NCBI GenBank assembly: GCA_976551045.1
Contig: CDPCPM010000180.1
Location: 14,446,001-14,510,000, forward strand
Origin: Glaucostegus cemiculus
Lineage: Eukaryota
Direction: 5' to 3'
DNA length: 64,000 nucleotides
The notes under the pieces are model-generated. The model was given only the letters and a program-made list of their open reading frames with translations. It did not search any database and was not told the origin of the DNA. The position numbers and the translations under genes are program-made. Shown here one piece after another: positions 1 through 12,227 of the stretch. The stretch's first letter is position 1; every line of letters starts with the position of its first letter.

Positions 1-99
1 TGACCCACCAATTTATACAGAAGAACTTCAGTTTTACTACTGCAAGAGAAGCCACTTCAGTCAAATAACAGGAGAATGTCATAAATCTTAACTTGTATA

Positions 100-411
100 C
101 ATGCCATTCCTGGGTTATGAATGCCTGATTTATGGACACCCTCTACATATGAATGAGCTCCCATAATGTTAAATTCAGACACTTGACATACATACATTCA
201 TTCCTATGAATGGCAGAACTAGTTTCCTTGCACTCTCCACTTTTAGTAGTTGTTCTTATCAGTCCTATGTACTTTTGATGCCATTCATTACAAAACTTTG
301 AAAGTATGGTTATGATATTGAGTGATTTTTGTGTATTTTCCTACTTATGGACAAAATTGACTTATGGACATCTGTAAAAATGGAACCTGCTTGTTACCTG
401 GGGATGGCATG
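100..411. mobile_element. Non-autonomous Tc1/mariner (Tigger/pogo-like) MITE
   Basis: Imperfect terminal inverted repeats CATGCCATTCCTGGGTTATGA (from 100) and TTGTTACCTGGGGATGGCATG (ending 411). TA on both sides (98-99, 412-413). Internal TTATGGAC sub-repeats; no ORF. Confidence 0.7.
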
Positions 412-487
412 TACTCAAAGACTTCACAGTTGCGGACACTGCAATTGCATGCCCATCCCTAGTATTTGCTTCAGGCTTATTCAATGT

Positions 488-781
488 GTTAAGTTAAGAT
501 CTTTATTAGTCACATGTACATCGAAACACACAGTGAAATACATCTTTTGCGTAATGATTTTGGGAGGTAGCCGCAAGTGTCGCCACATTTCTGGCGCCAA
601 CATAGCATGCCCACAACGTCCTAACCTGTACATCTTTGGACTGTGGGAGGAAACCAGAGCAGCTGGAGGAAACCCACATAGATATGGGGAGAACGTACAG
701 ACTCCTTACAGACAGTGGCCGGATTTGAACCCGGGCTGCTGGCGCTGTAAAGCATTATGCTAACCACTATGCTACCGTGCC
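488..781 (-). mobile_element. tRNA-derived V-SINE (HE1-like)
   Basis: Minus strand has Pol III A box TAGCATAGTGG (774-764), B box GGTTCAAATCC (731-721), V-domain GGGTTTCCTCC..CTGGTTTCCTCCCACAGTCCAAAGA, and a tail ending TGTGACTAATAAAG. Confidence 0.85.
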
Positions 782-1504
782 TGACTGTGAAATCAATGGC
801 CCAAATCAGCTCATTTTGGACTTCGGCCATTGGTGCTCATATAGCTCTTTTGGCCTCTTGCTGTGCTACTGGACTCACCAGAGAACAGCGGAGAACTGAT
901 GTGCTGAGCTGAGGGGTCAGATGCACTTTGCTATCTGACGTAGCATCTTCAGCTCTGTGGAAGAGCGGTAGGTGGTTTACCATTTAAAGTATTTTAGTTA
1001 GATGTAACATCTTCACTAATTATTTTAATTGAATCCATTTGAACGGTTTTCAATGTCCCTTACAGACACTGGCTGCCAGGGCAACCTAGAGGCCTTGGGA
1101 TCCAACTGTTGATGCCTGCTGGAAGACACTGCACAGAACACACTGTGACTTTCAGGCTGCCTCTCAGTTATGGTGGTCAGTTTGGTCAGTCAGTTATTTC
1201 CCAAACGTGATAGGATAGATGGATGCTGTTGATGACTCTGAGCAGAGTTGAACCATGGTACGCAGTTGGCTGCCACTTCCCTTTAGAACTGCCAGCTGCA
1301 GGTAAGCCTTTTGGAACTGTCCTTCTAATCTGAGTGCAAGCCATGCTCCTGTGTGCCAACTCTCAAGAAATATCATCCAGTATCAGCTATTTCTAACTCC
1401 CAACAAAAACCCGATTGGGGAATCCACTAAATTGATGAATTCTGCAGAAAAACTGCAATAATCTGTTGTCTGATTGTTCAGAAATCCTGATAGTTCAACC
1501 AAGA

Positions 1505-1600
1505 ACCCAGTTTCCACGCTCCCTTGAAACTCCAGTGGGGCCCCAGTTCCCACACTCCCTTGAAACTTAGTAGAACCTGGTTGCCACACACCCTTAAAGC
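1505..1600. repeat. Short degenerate tandem repeat (~35 bp, about 3 copies)
   Basis: CCCAGTTTCCACGCTCCCTTGAAAC / CCCAGTTCCCACACTCCCTTGAAAC / CCTGGTTGCCACACACCCTTAAAGC. Confidence 0.65.
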
Positions 1601-2267
1601 TTATTGGTTCACTGGAAAATATTATTCTGCTGTGTAACATATTAAAAAAATGTGAATTAAACATGCATTGGAGTATTTATAGACCTGATCCATAAAGTAT
1701 GTAGATAAACACCACAGAAGTCCCAAGCATGCCACATTAACAGAGTTTCACTGTACGAAGCCTGGTACTTGTCATGCTGATCATAAAATATTGCATGTCC
1801 CTGTTAAGCAGTAAGGTATCCTACCCATTTTTTTAATATATGTTACACAGTAGAATAATAGTCAGTGTCTCCAAGCATTGGTGTTGCACTGAGGTTTCTT
1901 ATCGTGCCTCTACACTTAATGCAACACAGAGAGTAGGATTGCATGTTTTCTCTGCAGCAACTACAAACCTACAAGTAAAAATGTTTCACCTTGAGGCTGG
2001 ATGCTATTTGCTTTAGGATGGTTCACGCAGATGGAATGTGCTTTATATGGGGTTGCCTTTCAAGAAACAACATTAGGTCCAGTTCAGTCCACTATATAAA
2101 TTCACTAACCTCAACCTCTGATTTCGGCCAAACCTGGTACTCCCACTCAATATAAAAGAGTGGAGCAGGTTACACTCCTGTGCTTGCACTTAATACTCTT
2201 GGTATACACCAGTGGTTTCCACATTCCTGTATCACCATGGTACAGGGTACAAGATGGAAGTTCCTCT

Positions 2268-2975
2268 CTGATGGCGACAAGGAGGCATCCAAGAGTGAGA
2301 TAGATCGGCTGGTTGAGTGGTGTCACAGGAACCTCACACTCAATGTCAGCAAGACCAAGGAATTGATTGTGGACTTCAGGAAGGGAAAATCAGGAGAACA
2401 CACACCAGTCCTCATTGAAGGGTCAGCGGTGAGAAGAGTGAGCAGCTATAAGTTCCTGTGTATCAACATTTTGGAGGATCTATCCTGGGTCCAACAAATT
2501 GATGCAATCACGAAGAAAGCATGCCAATGGCTCAACTTTGTTGGGAGTTTGAAGAGATTTGGTATGTCACCAAAGACCCTTGCAAATTTCTATAGATGTA
2601 TGGTGGAGACATTCTGACTGCAATAAATCTGGAGTCTCCAACGCACAGAATTGCAAGAGGCTGCAGAGAGTTGTAGACTCAGCCAGCTCCATCATAGGCA
2701 CAACCCTCACCGTCAAAGAAGACCTCTTCAAGAGGCAGTGTCTCAAGAAACAGCATCCATCACTAAGGACCCTCACCATCCTGGACATGCCCTTTTCATG
2801 TTACTACCATCGGGGAGGAGGTACAGGAGCCTGAAGACCCACACTCAATGATTTAGGAACAGTTTCTTTCCCTCTGCCATCAGATTTCTGAACAGTCCAT
2901 GAATGCTACCTTGTTATTCCTTTTCTTGGACTATTTATTTATTACGTAATTTATAGTAATTTTATGTCTTTGTAA
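2268..2975 (+). mobile_element. 5'-truncated Rex1/Babar-type LINE (RT C-terminal part and 3' UTR)
   Basis: Frameshifted ORFs 2180-2851 give LNVSKTKELIVDFRK, YKFLCINI, KRLQRVV and HPGHALFMLLPSGRRYRSLKT, typical of the Rex1 RT C-terminus. Confidence 0.85.
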
Positions 2976-4214
2976 CTATGCCAGGCTAGTTACAAAGATC
3001 TTTTTCCTGCAACTCAAACATCTTCAAGTTACCTTTGGTGGACAAATGGCCTCAAATATTGCTAGGTCTTTTAACCTAGGCCTGGGAACTGGAAGGGCTT
3101 AACTTCACCCAGATTAGTATGTCAGTTAAAAAGCCTGACAATAGAAATGAATAAACAAATTAGGCAACTGTCTTCTGTAATGATCATGCCATTCCAAAAG
3201 CTAACAGGTAAACTTCACTTCACTGAACATGAATAAAAGTGACATCTTAAAGAAATACCAAATGCAGTACTCTAGAGATGTAGAAGGTCCATGGCCATTT
3301 TGAAGAACAAAGACAGACAGACAATGAATGCTGGACAGGCATATTTCAAACAAACCTGCCACTGTAGTGGAGTTTTCAATCACATGTTCTGATTGTTTCT
3401 ATGTCCATCCAGGCAAGCTAGAAAAATGACAAAATCTCATTTCCATGGACAACAGCTCAATGCTGTAGTTCCCTTCTGAAAGCATCCCTGAAGTGTAAGC
3501 CAAGAGATGCTATTTTATCTATTGTGGTTAAATACAGCACCACCCTCACAAGATGTGGAACACATAATCACAGTAAGCCTACATCTGGAACTGAATAAAT
3601 AACAGAGTGTTTGTGGCTTCAAAATATTCAAGCATTCCTCACAGCCAATAAAGTACTTTTGAGTTATCATTCTTCAAGATTCATTCAATGCAACCACCTC
3701 CTCAATGCAGCAACTACCCACTGTCCATGACTAGTCACAATTCCGACCAGCAGATCTAGAACTTCCTCTTAACTCTTCTGCATTTTCACTATTTCACCAA
3801 AGCCAAGCAAGCTGCCTCACTCATTTGTATAGCTAGAGGTTGCAGAGTCCATGTAAACTGCATGATATACTGATGTAAAATGTTTGACTGTATATCAAGT
3901 TACCTCAGTTTCTATATGAACATAACTACAGTGTTTTTATAAAACTACATATTGCATTGTATAACTTTGTGTAATGTGAACTGCACCCCATGTATAATGT
4001 TTTGTTTGATTTGATATTACTATGAGTACTTCACTTTGGTGCAAAGTCTTTTGGGTGTCAATAACAAGATGTGTTTGTTTTCTTACTTTTGTCACATAAA
4101 TTACATGAGATTGAATTTTATTATGTATCTCAAATTTTTGGGAAGTGATTTGTGAATTTTAAGGGCCAATTTCCATTATCTGAATGGCTATAGCTGGGGG
4201 GAGGGGGGTGGTAT

Positions 4215-4545
4215 TGCCTGTATTTAAAAAAAACATATAAATTCTACTTTTTCGCAGTCCTGGAACATCTCAAAACCAGTAATGTAAATGGAGCTCTGTC
4301 CTAATATATTAAACCAGGCAACTACTTTATTGCAAAGTCTTGTGAGGAACTATGATGACTGATGAATATTGGTTAGGGAACTTAGAGAATTCCCCTGCTC
4401 GTGTTTGCATTGTTTGTAGCACTCCCTCAATGTAGTGCAGTACTAATATCAGCCTACAATGTAGGCTCAGTTGCAGATGGAGGGATTTGAACCCCTTCAG
4501 CCCTGACTCAGAGTTGAGCACTAGAACTGAGCCATGGTTGACTCA
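4215..4545 (-). mobile_element. Degenerate Deu-domain SINE (SacSINE1/AmnSINE1-like)
   Basis: Reverse-complement motifs GCACTCCCTCAATGTAGTGCAG, GAATTCCCCTGCTC and B-box-like GGATTTGAACC match the Deu-SINE layout and the other copies at 24.2, 32.0 and 35.8 kb. Confidence 0.55.
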
Positions 4546-4613
4546 AGACAGTAGCGGAGAGGATTGATTTCCAGGATTATAAGGAGAAGCTACGAGAAGC
4601 AATTAGGCAGATG

Positions 4614-5950
4614 GAATTCAGAATTCAGAATCAGAATCAGTTTTATTGTCACAATAAAACATAGTATGCATAGGAGCGAGATACCGTCCTCCTCAGGTGC
4701 TCGTCCCATTAAATAACAAACAGCAGAGACACACAGACACACTGAACAAAAAAAAATTAAAAACTACAGAAGTTTGAATTAAATTAAATACGGCCGGTTA
4801 AATTAAATACAGCAGGTAATTAAATAAATAGTTATTAAAGTGAACGAGCTGGTGGCGGGCATTTAAAGTGCTGGTGCATTTCTGTGCACCTAGCAAACCT
4901 TAGTGTTAACAAGGAAGATGGAGGAATGAGAGAGTTCGCAGTTCTGATGGCTTGCGGAAAGAAGCTATTGCTCAGCCTGGTCGTTCTCGCCCTGATACAT
5001 TTGAGCCTCCTTCCAGATGGCAAAATTGTAAAGAGATGATGGGGGGTGTGAGAAGGATCCGCCATTATATTTTTGGTCTTCCTAAAACAATGGTCCTTGT
5101 ATATGTCTGCGATGGATGGAAGAGAGACACCTATGATCCTCTCTGCAGCCCTAACTATCCTCTGGAGGGACTTCCGCCAGCAGCTGAGCAGCTTCCAAAC
5201 CAAAGAGTGATACATTGGGTTAAGATGCTCTCAATGGTCCCTCTATAGAAAGTTTTCATAACTGAGGGATGAGAGTTCGCTTTCCTCAGTCTCCGCAAGA
5301 AGTAGAGGCGTTTCTGGGCTTTCTTCGTGAGGGCCGTGATGTTAGTGGACCAGTTCAGGTCATCGGGGATGTGCACCCCCAGGAACTTGGTGCTGCTTAC
5401 TTGTTCCACAGCAGACCCATTGATGGTCAGCAGGGCGTGCACACGGTGACCCCTCCTAAAATCCACTATCATCTCCTTGGTTTTTTCTACATTCAAGGAG
5501 AGGTTGTTGTCACTGCACCACATAGCTAGTTGTTTCACCTCCTCTCTGTAGTCTGAGTCATCGTCATCTGTGACAAGACCCACCACTGTCGTGTCATCGG
5601 CGAATTTGACAATGCGGTTGGAGCTGGATCTGGCCTCACAGTCATGAGTCAACAAGGTGAACAGGAGCGGGCTGAGCACACAACCCTGTGGGGAGCCAGT
5701 GCTTAGTGTGATGGTGCTCGAGGTGTTTTCACCAATTCTGACTGACTGCGGCCTGCAAGTGAGAAAGTCCAGTATCCAGTTGCAGAGAGGTGTGTTAACG
5801 TCCAGTGCGCTCAACTTCCTGATTAGCTGTTGTGGGATGATGGTATTGAAAGTGGAGCTGAAGTCGATGAATAGCAGCCTGACGTATGAATCCTTCTTTT
5901 CTAAGTGATATAGTGCAGAGTGCAGGGCAGAGGAAACTGCATCATCGGTT
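4614..5950 (-). mobile_element. 5'-truncated Rex1/Babar-type LINE (reverse transcriptase)
   Basis: Minus frame reads [41 protein letters not shown] (ORF 5155-5814), with one frameshift into 4835-5215 (LPSGRRL, RLSNSFFPQAIR). The 3' end is a (GAATC/GAATTCA)n microsatellite with TTTATTGTCAC at ~4614-4652. Confidence 0.92.
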
Positions 5951-6029
5951 TAGATAGCTAGGTTTAGATATCTAAAAGAACCTGAGAGGCAGAAAAATGA
6001 TTTTAAAAATACAAAACAAATCAATGTTT

Positions 6030-7015
6030 TCCAGTTTCAAAATAAAATCAGATAAAGCTAAGGATATTTAGGGCATCAGGCATAATCTGTGGAGAGAGAA
6101 AAACAAAGTTAACATTTCACAACACTTCATCAGATACGGAAAATTGAGAAAATAAATGTATTTTAAGATGCAGTGAAGGCTGGGTTGCAGCGAACAAGGG
6201 AGATGTCTTTATGGGCAGAGACCAATGTTGCTCAGGTGACATAATTGCAGTCAGTTCTGTTTAAGAGAGAGAAGTCAATACTTGTTAATCATAGCCATTA
6301 GGTCTGGAGGAATGCAAGTAAAGGAAGATTATTGAAGACTGTAGAGGGAAAATAAATGCTTGGAACTTTGTGATACAGAACATAGAATTACTGCAAATCT
6401 GAAATAAACAATAGTGGAAATGTCCAACAGATCAGATGGCATGTGTACAGAAATTGTTAAAGTTGATGACCTACAGGTTGGCCAGTTCTGCACAAACTGG
6501 AAAAAAATACAGGTTACCTGAAATTGTTGAATTCATCATTGTATCCTGAAGATAGCCATGTGCCTAGACAGAAGATGAACTGCTGTTCTTCAAGCTTACT
6601 TTGGGCTTTGTTGTAAAGAAGGACAGAGAGAGAGAGCAAAGTGGGGGTGGTTTGGAAAATTAAAATTGAAAGACAATAAACATCTCACAATTCCAGCATT
6701 ATTTCTTTTAACCTCTGCTGTCTCCATTCAGTCTATTTGCATTCTTTCAGGCAAATCAGCTATTATTAACACTCATTCATCTCCCTCTCTTTAGATGGCA
6801 TGGAGGACAATTATGTCACCTGGACAACATCGGTCCCTGCCCTATCATGGACAATTCCCTTTGTGTTCTCCATCCTCACCCCCTCCCAGCAGCTTTTTCA
6901 CTTTCATAAGGGATTATTGATCTTAAATATTAACCCTGTTTCTGCATAGATTTGCTGAGCATCCACACCATTTTCTGGGCTTTTTTCAGGCTTCCAGCAT
7001 TTGCAGATTTTTTCA
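6030..7015 (-). mobile_element. Penelope-like retroelement remnant with inverted terminal (pLTR) arms
   Basis: Minus strand ~6510-6612 translates KAQSKLEEQQFIFCLGTWLSSGYNDEFNNFR (GIY-YIG endonuclease C-terminus). Arms ~6030-6380 and ~6680-7015 are inverted copies, e.g. GACCAATGTTGCTCAGGTGACATAATTG vs CAATTATGTCACCTGGACAACATCGGTC. Confidence 0.75.
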
Positions 7016-7270
7016 ATGTTTTCAAATTTGTTGGAGTTTCAAGGTGGGAACAGAGTCGGAAAGAATTGATGTTGATAGGTATTTCTTTATTGATCAGCAC
7101 CTGAAAAGAATCCAAGGTGTGATGGCTGAGACAGGTACGAGGCTAATTTTCAAAATAGGCCAACACTGCAAAGAGGAGACCATCAGACTGAATGTTTTAA
7201 TAATGAGAGCAAATGGGCTAAATATTTTTTAAATCATTTTTGTGTATTGTACATATCTTAATCCATAGTA

Positions 7271-7537
7271 CAGGCAATCCCTGCATTGTGGCCAATCAGG
7301 TCATGGAAATTTGTTCCTACGGAATTCACAAATCACTACCCAACAATTTAAGATACGGAATAAAATTCGGTCTCACAGAATTTATATATTTAAAAAAATA
7401 ATAAATTGACACTTTTTTCAACTCGCTTTTCTTGACGCAGGCACAGATGACACAGCTTCTCGTTTTGGAAAATCGTGATACAGACTGGTTTCTAGAAACA
7501 CAAACCCCTTTCCACCCTGTAATGCAAGGGTCACCTG
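7271..7537. mobile_element. Non-autonomous Tigger-like MITE
   Basis: TA|CAGGCAATCCCTGCATT ... AATGCAAGGGTCACCTG|TA: imperfect TIRs with TA target duplication. Confidence 0.7.
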
Positions 7538-7829
7538 TATTTTAACTTATGTGTTCTGAATAAACTAACCATTGACATGTTACTGTGTTTTCTAATGAAA
7601 GCAAAGGAAAATCTTGCTTAATTTAAAATGCTGTGTCTACAAACCTTTTAAATACGTGTGATCTTTCCACCATTGAAATGATACTATGAGCATGAGAGTT
7701 CCAAATTTGGTCATATCCATTGAAATGGACATGTTGAAGGTCAGAGCATCTTGGTTATTAACTGGATATGGATATGTGTCCTTGGGATTAAGTTTACTCT
7801 AATTCATCATTTCTTTTCTTGCTTGACAG

Positions 7830-7936
7830 TGAATCTGATGAAAATTGCAAGAAGCACTTGGAAAGAGTATTAGCAATTTGGCAAGAGAGGATGGTTTATG
7901 AGAACAATTTCATTGACCAACTTAAACAGATTCTTT
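7830..7936 (+). CDS. RPRD1A: RPRD1-family (RPRD1A-like) coding exon, end of CID domain (probable exon 3, 107 bp)
   Basis: Acceptor ttcttttcttgcttgacAG and donor GTACGT. Encodes ESDENCKKHLERVLAIWQERMVYENNFIDQLKQIL, matching the RPRD1A CID end (CKKHL.RVL.IW.ER.VYEN). Phase is compatible with the next exon. Confidence 0.92.
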
Positions 7937-8034
7937 GTACGTATAAATACATTGCACTTTTACCCAGCAAGATCAACCATGTTTTATTAACTTACTGTTG
8001 ATTAAATTTAAATTTTCTTTTGCTACTTATTAAG

Positions 8035-8132
8035 CAACAGATAAAAAGGCCAAGAAACGTACCTTTGATCAAATACAGGAGGAAGAAGATGATGACTATC
8101 TTTCTAACAGTACACCTAAAGAACCGCCAGAG
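8035..8132 (+). CDS. RPRD1A: RPRD1A-like coding exon, linker (probable exon 4, 98 bp)
   Basis: Acceptor ttttcttttgctacttattaAG and donor GTAATA. Encodes (S)TDKKAKKRTFDQIQEEEDDDYLSNSTPKEPPE. Not in the ORF track. An alternative in-frame acceptor would start the exon at 8041. Confidence 0.9.
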
Positions 8133-8589
8133 GTAATATCAGGCATTTTAAGAAAAGAATAAAATATCCATTATACAAATTACATATGCGTACTTGATTT
8201 AAGAAAAAAGTCCAAAAGTAGGTTTCATCTAAACTCAGGACAGTTCAAATTAATTGCTGTAGTAATTCCTGGAAATGGGCTAAACCAATTTAAATTGAAA
8301 TAGTTCATTTGTTACTTTGGAGGTTTTATTGTTTTGAGTTTGTTTCACTGCAACCTGTGGATGCTGGTGAAGATGCTTTTTGTGTCATTACAGGATGACT
8401 GCCTCGCAGGAGGGGATTGCCAGTTGTGATGTCATGACTAGAGGTTTGTCACGAAATAATTTACAGGTCATTATCAGGAAATTCTGTGTCCAATTTACAA
8501 TAGTACACAGGCTCAATAAATAAACTAACTAATATCTGCCGACTAAACTTTTGGGAGATTTCATTTGAAGGGTATACTTCTGTATGGCT

Positions 8590-9050
8590 TAGACTACAGC
8601 TTAGTTATAATTCTAGTAACCTCATTACAGAAAAGATAAGTTTTCACTGCTGAGAATGTAGGAGATTTATGAGGAAGCAGCAAGATTGGAAGCTGTTTAG
8701 TTATTGGGAAGGATTGGATAGTCTGCAGTTGTTTTCTTTAAGACAAAGGAAACTAAGGAGAATTGTACAAAAGTGAGGAACCTAGCTAGAGTATATAGAG
8801 ATGATCAATTTCCCTTAGCTGAGGGCTCAAAGACCCAGGGCATAGATTTAATGTGATTGGTAAAAATTAGAGGGGGAGATTAAAACAAATATTTTCAACC
8901 AGAATGATGTAGAGGTCTGGAACTCACTGTGTGAATGAGAGTGTACTTGAAAAGTTGTAATCTGGAGGGCTTTGGACTAAGTTCAGGAAACAGGATGAGG
9001 TTCAGTGGCCAAGTGGCACAGGCACAGTAGCTGAATGGTTTCCTGTGTGG
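8590..9050 (+). mobile_element. Old CR1 LINE 3' fragment
   Basis: Degenerate CR1 3' motifs (CATTACAGAAAAGAT, ACCCAGGGCATAGATTTAATGTG, TCTGGAACTCACTG, GCTGAATGGTTTCCT). Confidence 0.6.
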
Positions 9051-9759
9051 TTAAAAAAAGTTATGATATCTTTACTTTACATACCTACCCTCTTGCCCTT
9101 AATAGCACTTACAAGGTGATAGAGATAATAAAGGTGACTTGACACAAGACTGAACTTATTTACTTTCATGTATATTTTATGCGTACAGATATCAAAATGA
9201 AAGCAACTGTTTTTTATTTAAAATTGGAACATTTTTTAGCAGTCATGAACACTGGTGAAATAAGGTCCCAAAAAGTGGCATCACAAAGAGTTTAAATAAT
9301 TTAGCCCAATTATAAAATAGAATTGCATCAGGGATGGGGAGAAGTATTAGAGTGCATAGGACTTTTAAATTACTTAATTCGAGAAACATTATTCATATTC
9401 CTGTAGAGTATTGATCTTTTATGTTGAATTTTTTAAAAATTGAATTAGAATGCATTCCCAAGATATCCAAATAATTCGTCAACAGTATTCAGTAGCACCT
9501 GGTGATGTAAGAAGACAAACACCATTTAGCTTGTGAACTGTGAGCACTGACAAAATAAGGCTGGAGTGATACCAGATTTGGAGAAGCTTGAAACTTATTT
9601 CTGAGACTCACGTGGATGGAGTATGGTTAAATGGAGAGCAACCAGTGGCAGCAGAATTGTTGCAGTAGATGTTGAAATAAGCAAACAGCAGAGTTAAAGA
9701 TAGTTCTAGGGTATAGACTGGTTAAGCTTTGATGAATAAAAAAATCCATAAGAGCCTCA

Positions 9760-10070
9760 TCTACAGATGTGGATCCTGTGTGCATCCTGAGAAACTTCAG
9801 CTCAGAGTTATTGAGCTAACGTCTACGTTGCGGACATTACAGAGCATCATGGACAATGTAGATTCCCTAATCATCTGATCCAGCAATCACACCCTTTAAG
9901 TGAGATAGGAGCTTGGATTTGGATGCTGTCCTGGATAAGTCAGGCAAGTATGAAGACCCAGGATATAATCTTGCAAGAATCTCAGCCTTTCCCCTTGGGC
10001 AACAGGTGTGACACACCTTCTGCCTGGCATCTGATTTCTGACTTCTGCACTGCAATGCACAGGCAAATGC
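9760..10070 (+). mobile_element. Old CR1 ORF1 N-terminal fragment
   Basis: Degenerate leucine-zipper region followed by SQPFPLGNR, resembling the CR1 ORF1 P.PLSNR motif. Confidence 0.45.
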
Positions 10071-10320
10071 AGAAATCAGAGGTAACTTGCGAGGAGTATC
10101 TTCAAAGTTAAGTACATTTAGGTCCATAGTGGTAGAAGACAATTAATTTGAAGGATAGGTATTATTCTCTGCACTTGTAATGGAAAGTTGAGATGAAGTC
10201 AATGAGATTCCAACTTGGACCATGGATGATAACCTTGGGATTGTCATCCGTGTCACTTGTAAGCATTTGAACCAAAATGCATGAAACAACAGTTTAAATA
10301 GAGACAAATGAGTTTCATCT

Positions 10321-12227
10321 TTTTTTTTCAATCTTTTTTATTGATAACAAATCATTACAGGTTAAAATATATAACAACAATGTTTACACATGTATTATAG
10401 AAATATCAAGTAAATCGTAGATAATCATAAAAAAAGCAATAAAGTATGATATATATAAAAGAAATAGTTCCAACAATCTCTCGGTTCATAAGTGTAATGT
10501 AAAAGATAGAAAAGAAAAAGATTTGTTATATAATTAGAAAAAAAACAAAAAAAAACCCAAATCAATTTAAAAAAATCGTAATAATATAGAGTAAATTAAA
10601 CCGAAAATGAATTTAAAAAAGAAAAAAAAACAAAACAAGGAAAAAAAAACTGGTCTAAAATTTTCAATATAAATAGAACAATATAATGTCGTCAGCTCCG
10701 TTTCTCTAAATTTAAAAAAAAGTTATAGAAGGGGAAACTACATCATATGAAAGTATTGAATAAATGGACTCCAAATATCTTCAAATTTAAGCGAAGAATC
10801 AACAGTACCACTCCTAATTTTTTCCAAATTAAGACATGATATAGTTTGAGAGAACCATTGAAAAGTGGTAGGGGGTATTGGATCCTTCCATTTAAGCAGA
10901 ATGGCTCGTTTGGCCATCAGTGTAACAAAAGCAATCATACGATTAGCAGAAGCAGGTAAATGGCCAGACTTTATCTATGGTAATCCAAAAATTGCAGTAA
11001 TAGGGTGAGGTTGTAAATCGATCTTCAATACATCTGAAATAATATTAAAAATGTCTTTCCAATATTTTTCCAAATAAGGACAAGACCAGAACATAAGCGA
11101 TAAAGAAGCCACGTTCGATTTACATCTGCCACATATAGGGTTTATACGATCATAAAAACAAGCTAGCTTATCTTTGGACATATAGGCCCTGTGCACAACT
11201 TTAAACTGTATCAATGAGTGTCTGGCACACATTGAGGATGTACTAACTAAATGAAGAATTTTCTTCCAAGTCTCTATAGATATAGAAACCTGGAGTTCAC
11301 TTTCCCAATCATTTTTAATTTTATCCAGTGAATCTGACCGTATTTTCATAATTAAATCATAAATTATTGCTGTCAAGCCCTTCTGATGAGGATTAAAACC
11401 TAAAATTTTATCAATGATTTCGTCTTTATAAAGAAATGGAAAGGAGAGTATAGTAGCTTTTAAAAAATTTCTAATCTGCAAATATTGAAAAAAAGGTGAT
11501 CTAGGTAAATTATATTTATTAGGCAGCTGTTCAAAAGATGCAAAACAGTTACCAATGAATAGATCACGAAAGCATACTATTCCCTTCCCTTTCCATAAGG
11601 AAAAAGCTGTATCTAGTCTAGATGGTTGAAAAAAAATTAGATTGTATCGGACTTGACAGAACAAGTTTAATCAATCCAAAGAATTTACGAAATTGAAACC
11701 ATATTCGTAATGTATGTTTAATGATTGGGTTAGTCATATATTTACTTAATTTGGTAAGTGCAAAAGGGAGTGAAGCTCCTAAAATAGAGAATAACGAAAA
11801 TTCAAGTGTTGATTGATACTCAAGGTGTACCCATTTAGGGCAATGAATAACATTTAAGTCTTGTGTCCAAAAAATTAAATATCTGATGTTGATTGCCCAA
11901 TAATATCTAAAATTAGGCAAGGCCATACCACCATCCTTTTTCAATTTTTGTAAATATTTCTTACTTAGTCTTGGATTCTTGTTCTGCCAAATATATGAAA
12001 GAAGTTTAGAATCAACCTTGTCAAAAAAAGACTTTGGGATAAAAATTGGAATCGCTTGAAATAAATATAAAAATTTTGGTAAGATATTCATCTTAATTGC
12101 ATTAATTCAGCCCATCAATGATAAAGACATTGGAGACCATTTAGTAAGCAATTGTTTAACTTGGTCAAATAAAGGTAAAAAATTAGCTTTAAATAAATCC
12201 TTATGTTTATTAGTAATTTTAACACCT
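10321..12227 (-). mobile_element. 5'-truncated L1-clade LINE (ORF2 C-terminus, 3' UTR, poly-A) with 14-bp TSD
   Basis: ORFs MNILPKFLYLFQ..GGMALPNFRYYWA and FKVVHR..CGRC..MFWSCP (zinc-knuckle region), plus AKRAILLKWK. Poly-T at 10321. TSD AATGAGTTTCATCT (10307-10320) / AATGGGTTTCATCT (12228-12241). Confidence 0.93.

Noticed and set aside
329-763. 144-aa ORF
   Set aside because: It spans a MITE end and an antisense V-SINE, has no protein motif, and uses a non-ATG start.
721-781. tRNA gene
   Set aside because: The A and B boxes belong to a SINE head; there is no full cloverleaf and the sequence continues into a V-domain.
1-7829. RPRD1A exons 1-2 (MS.FSE.ALEKKL / KLTFLYLANDVIQNSK)
   Set aside because: Not found by eye or in the ORF track; probably upstream of the window.
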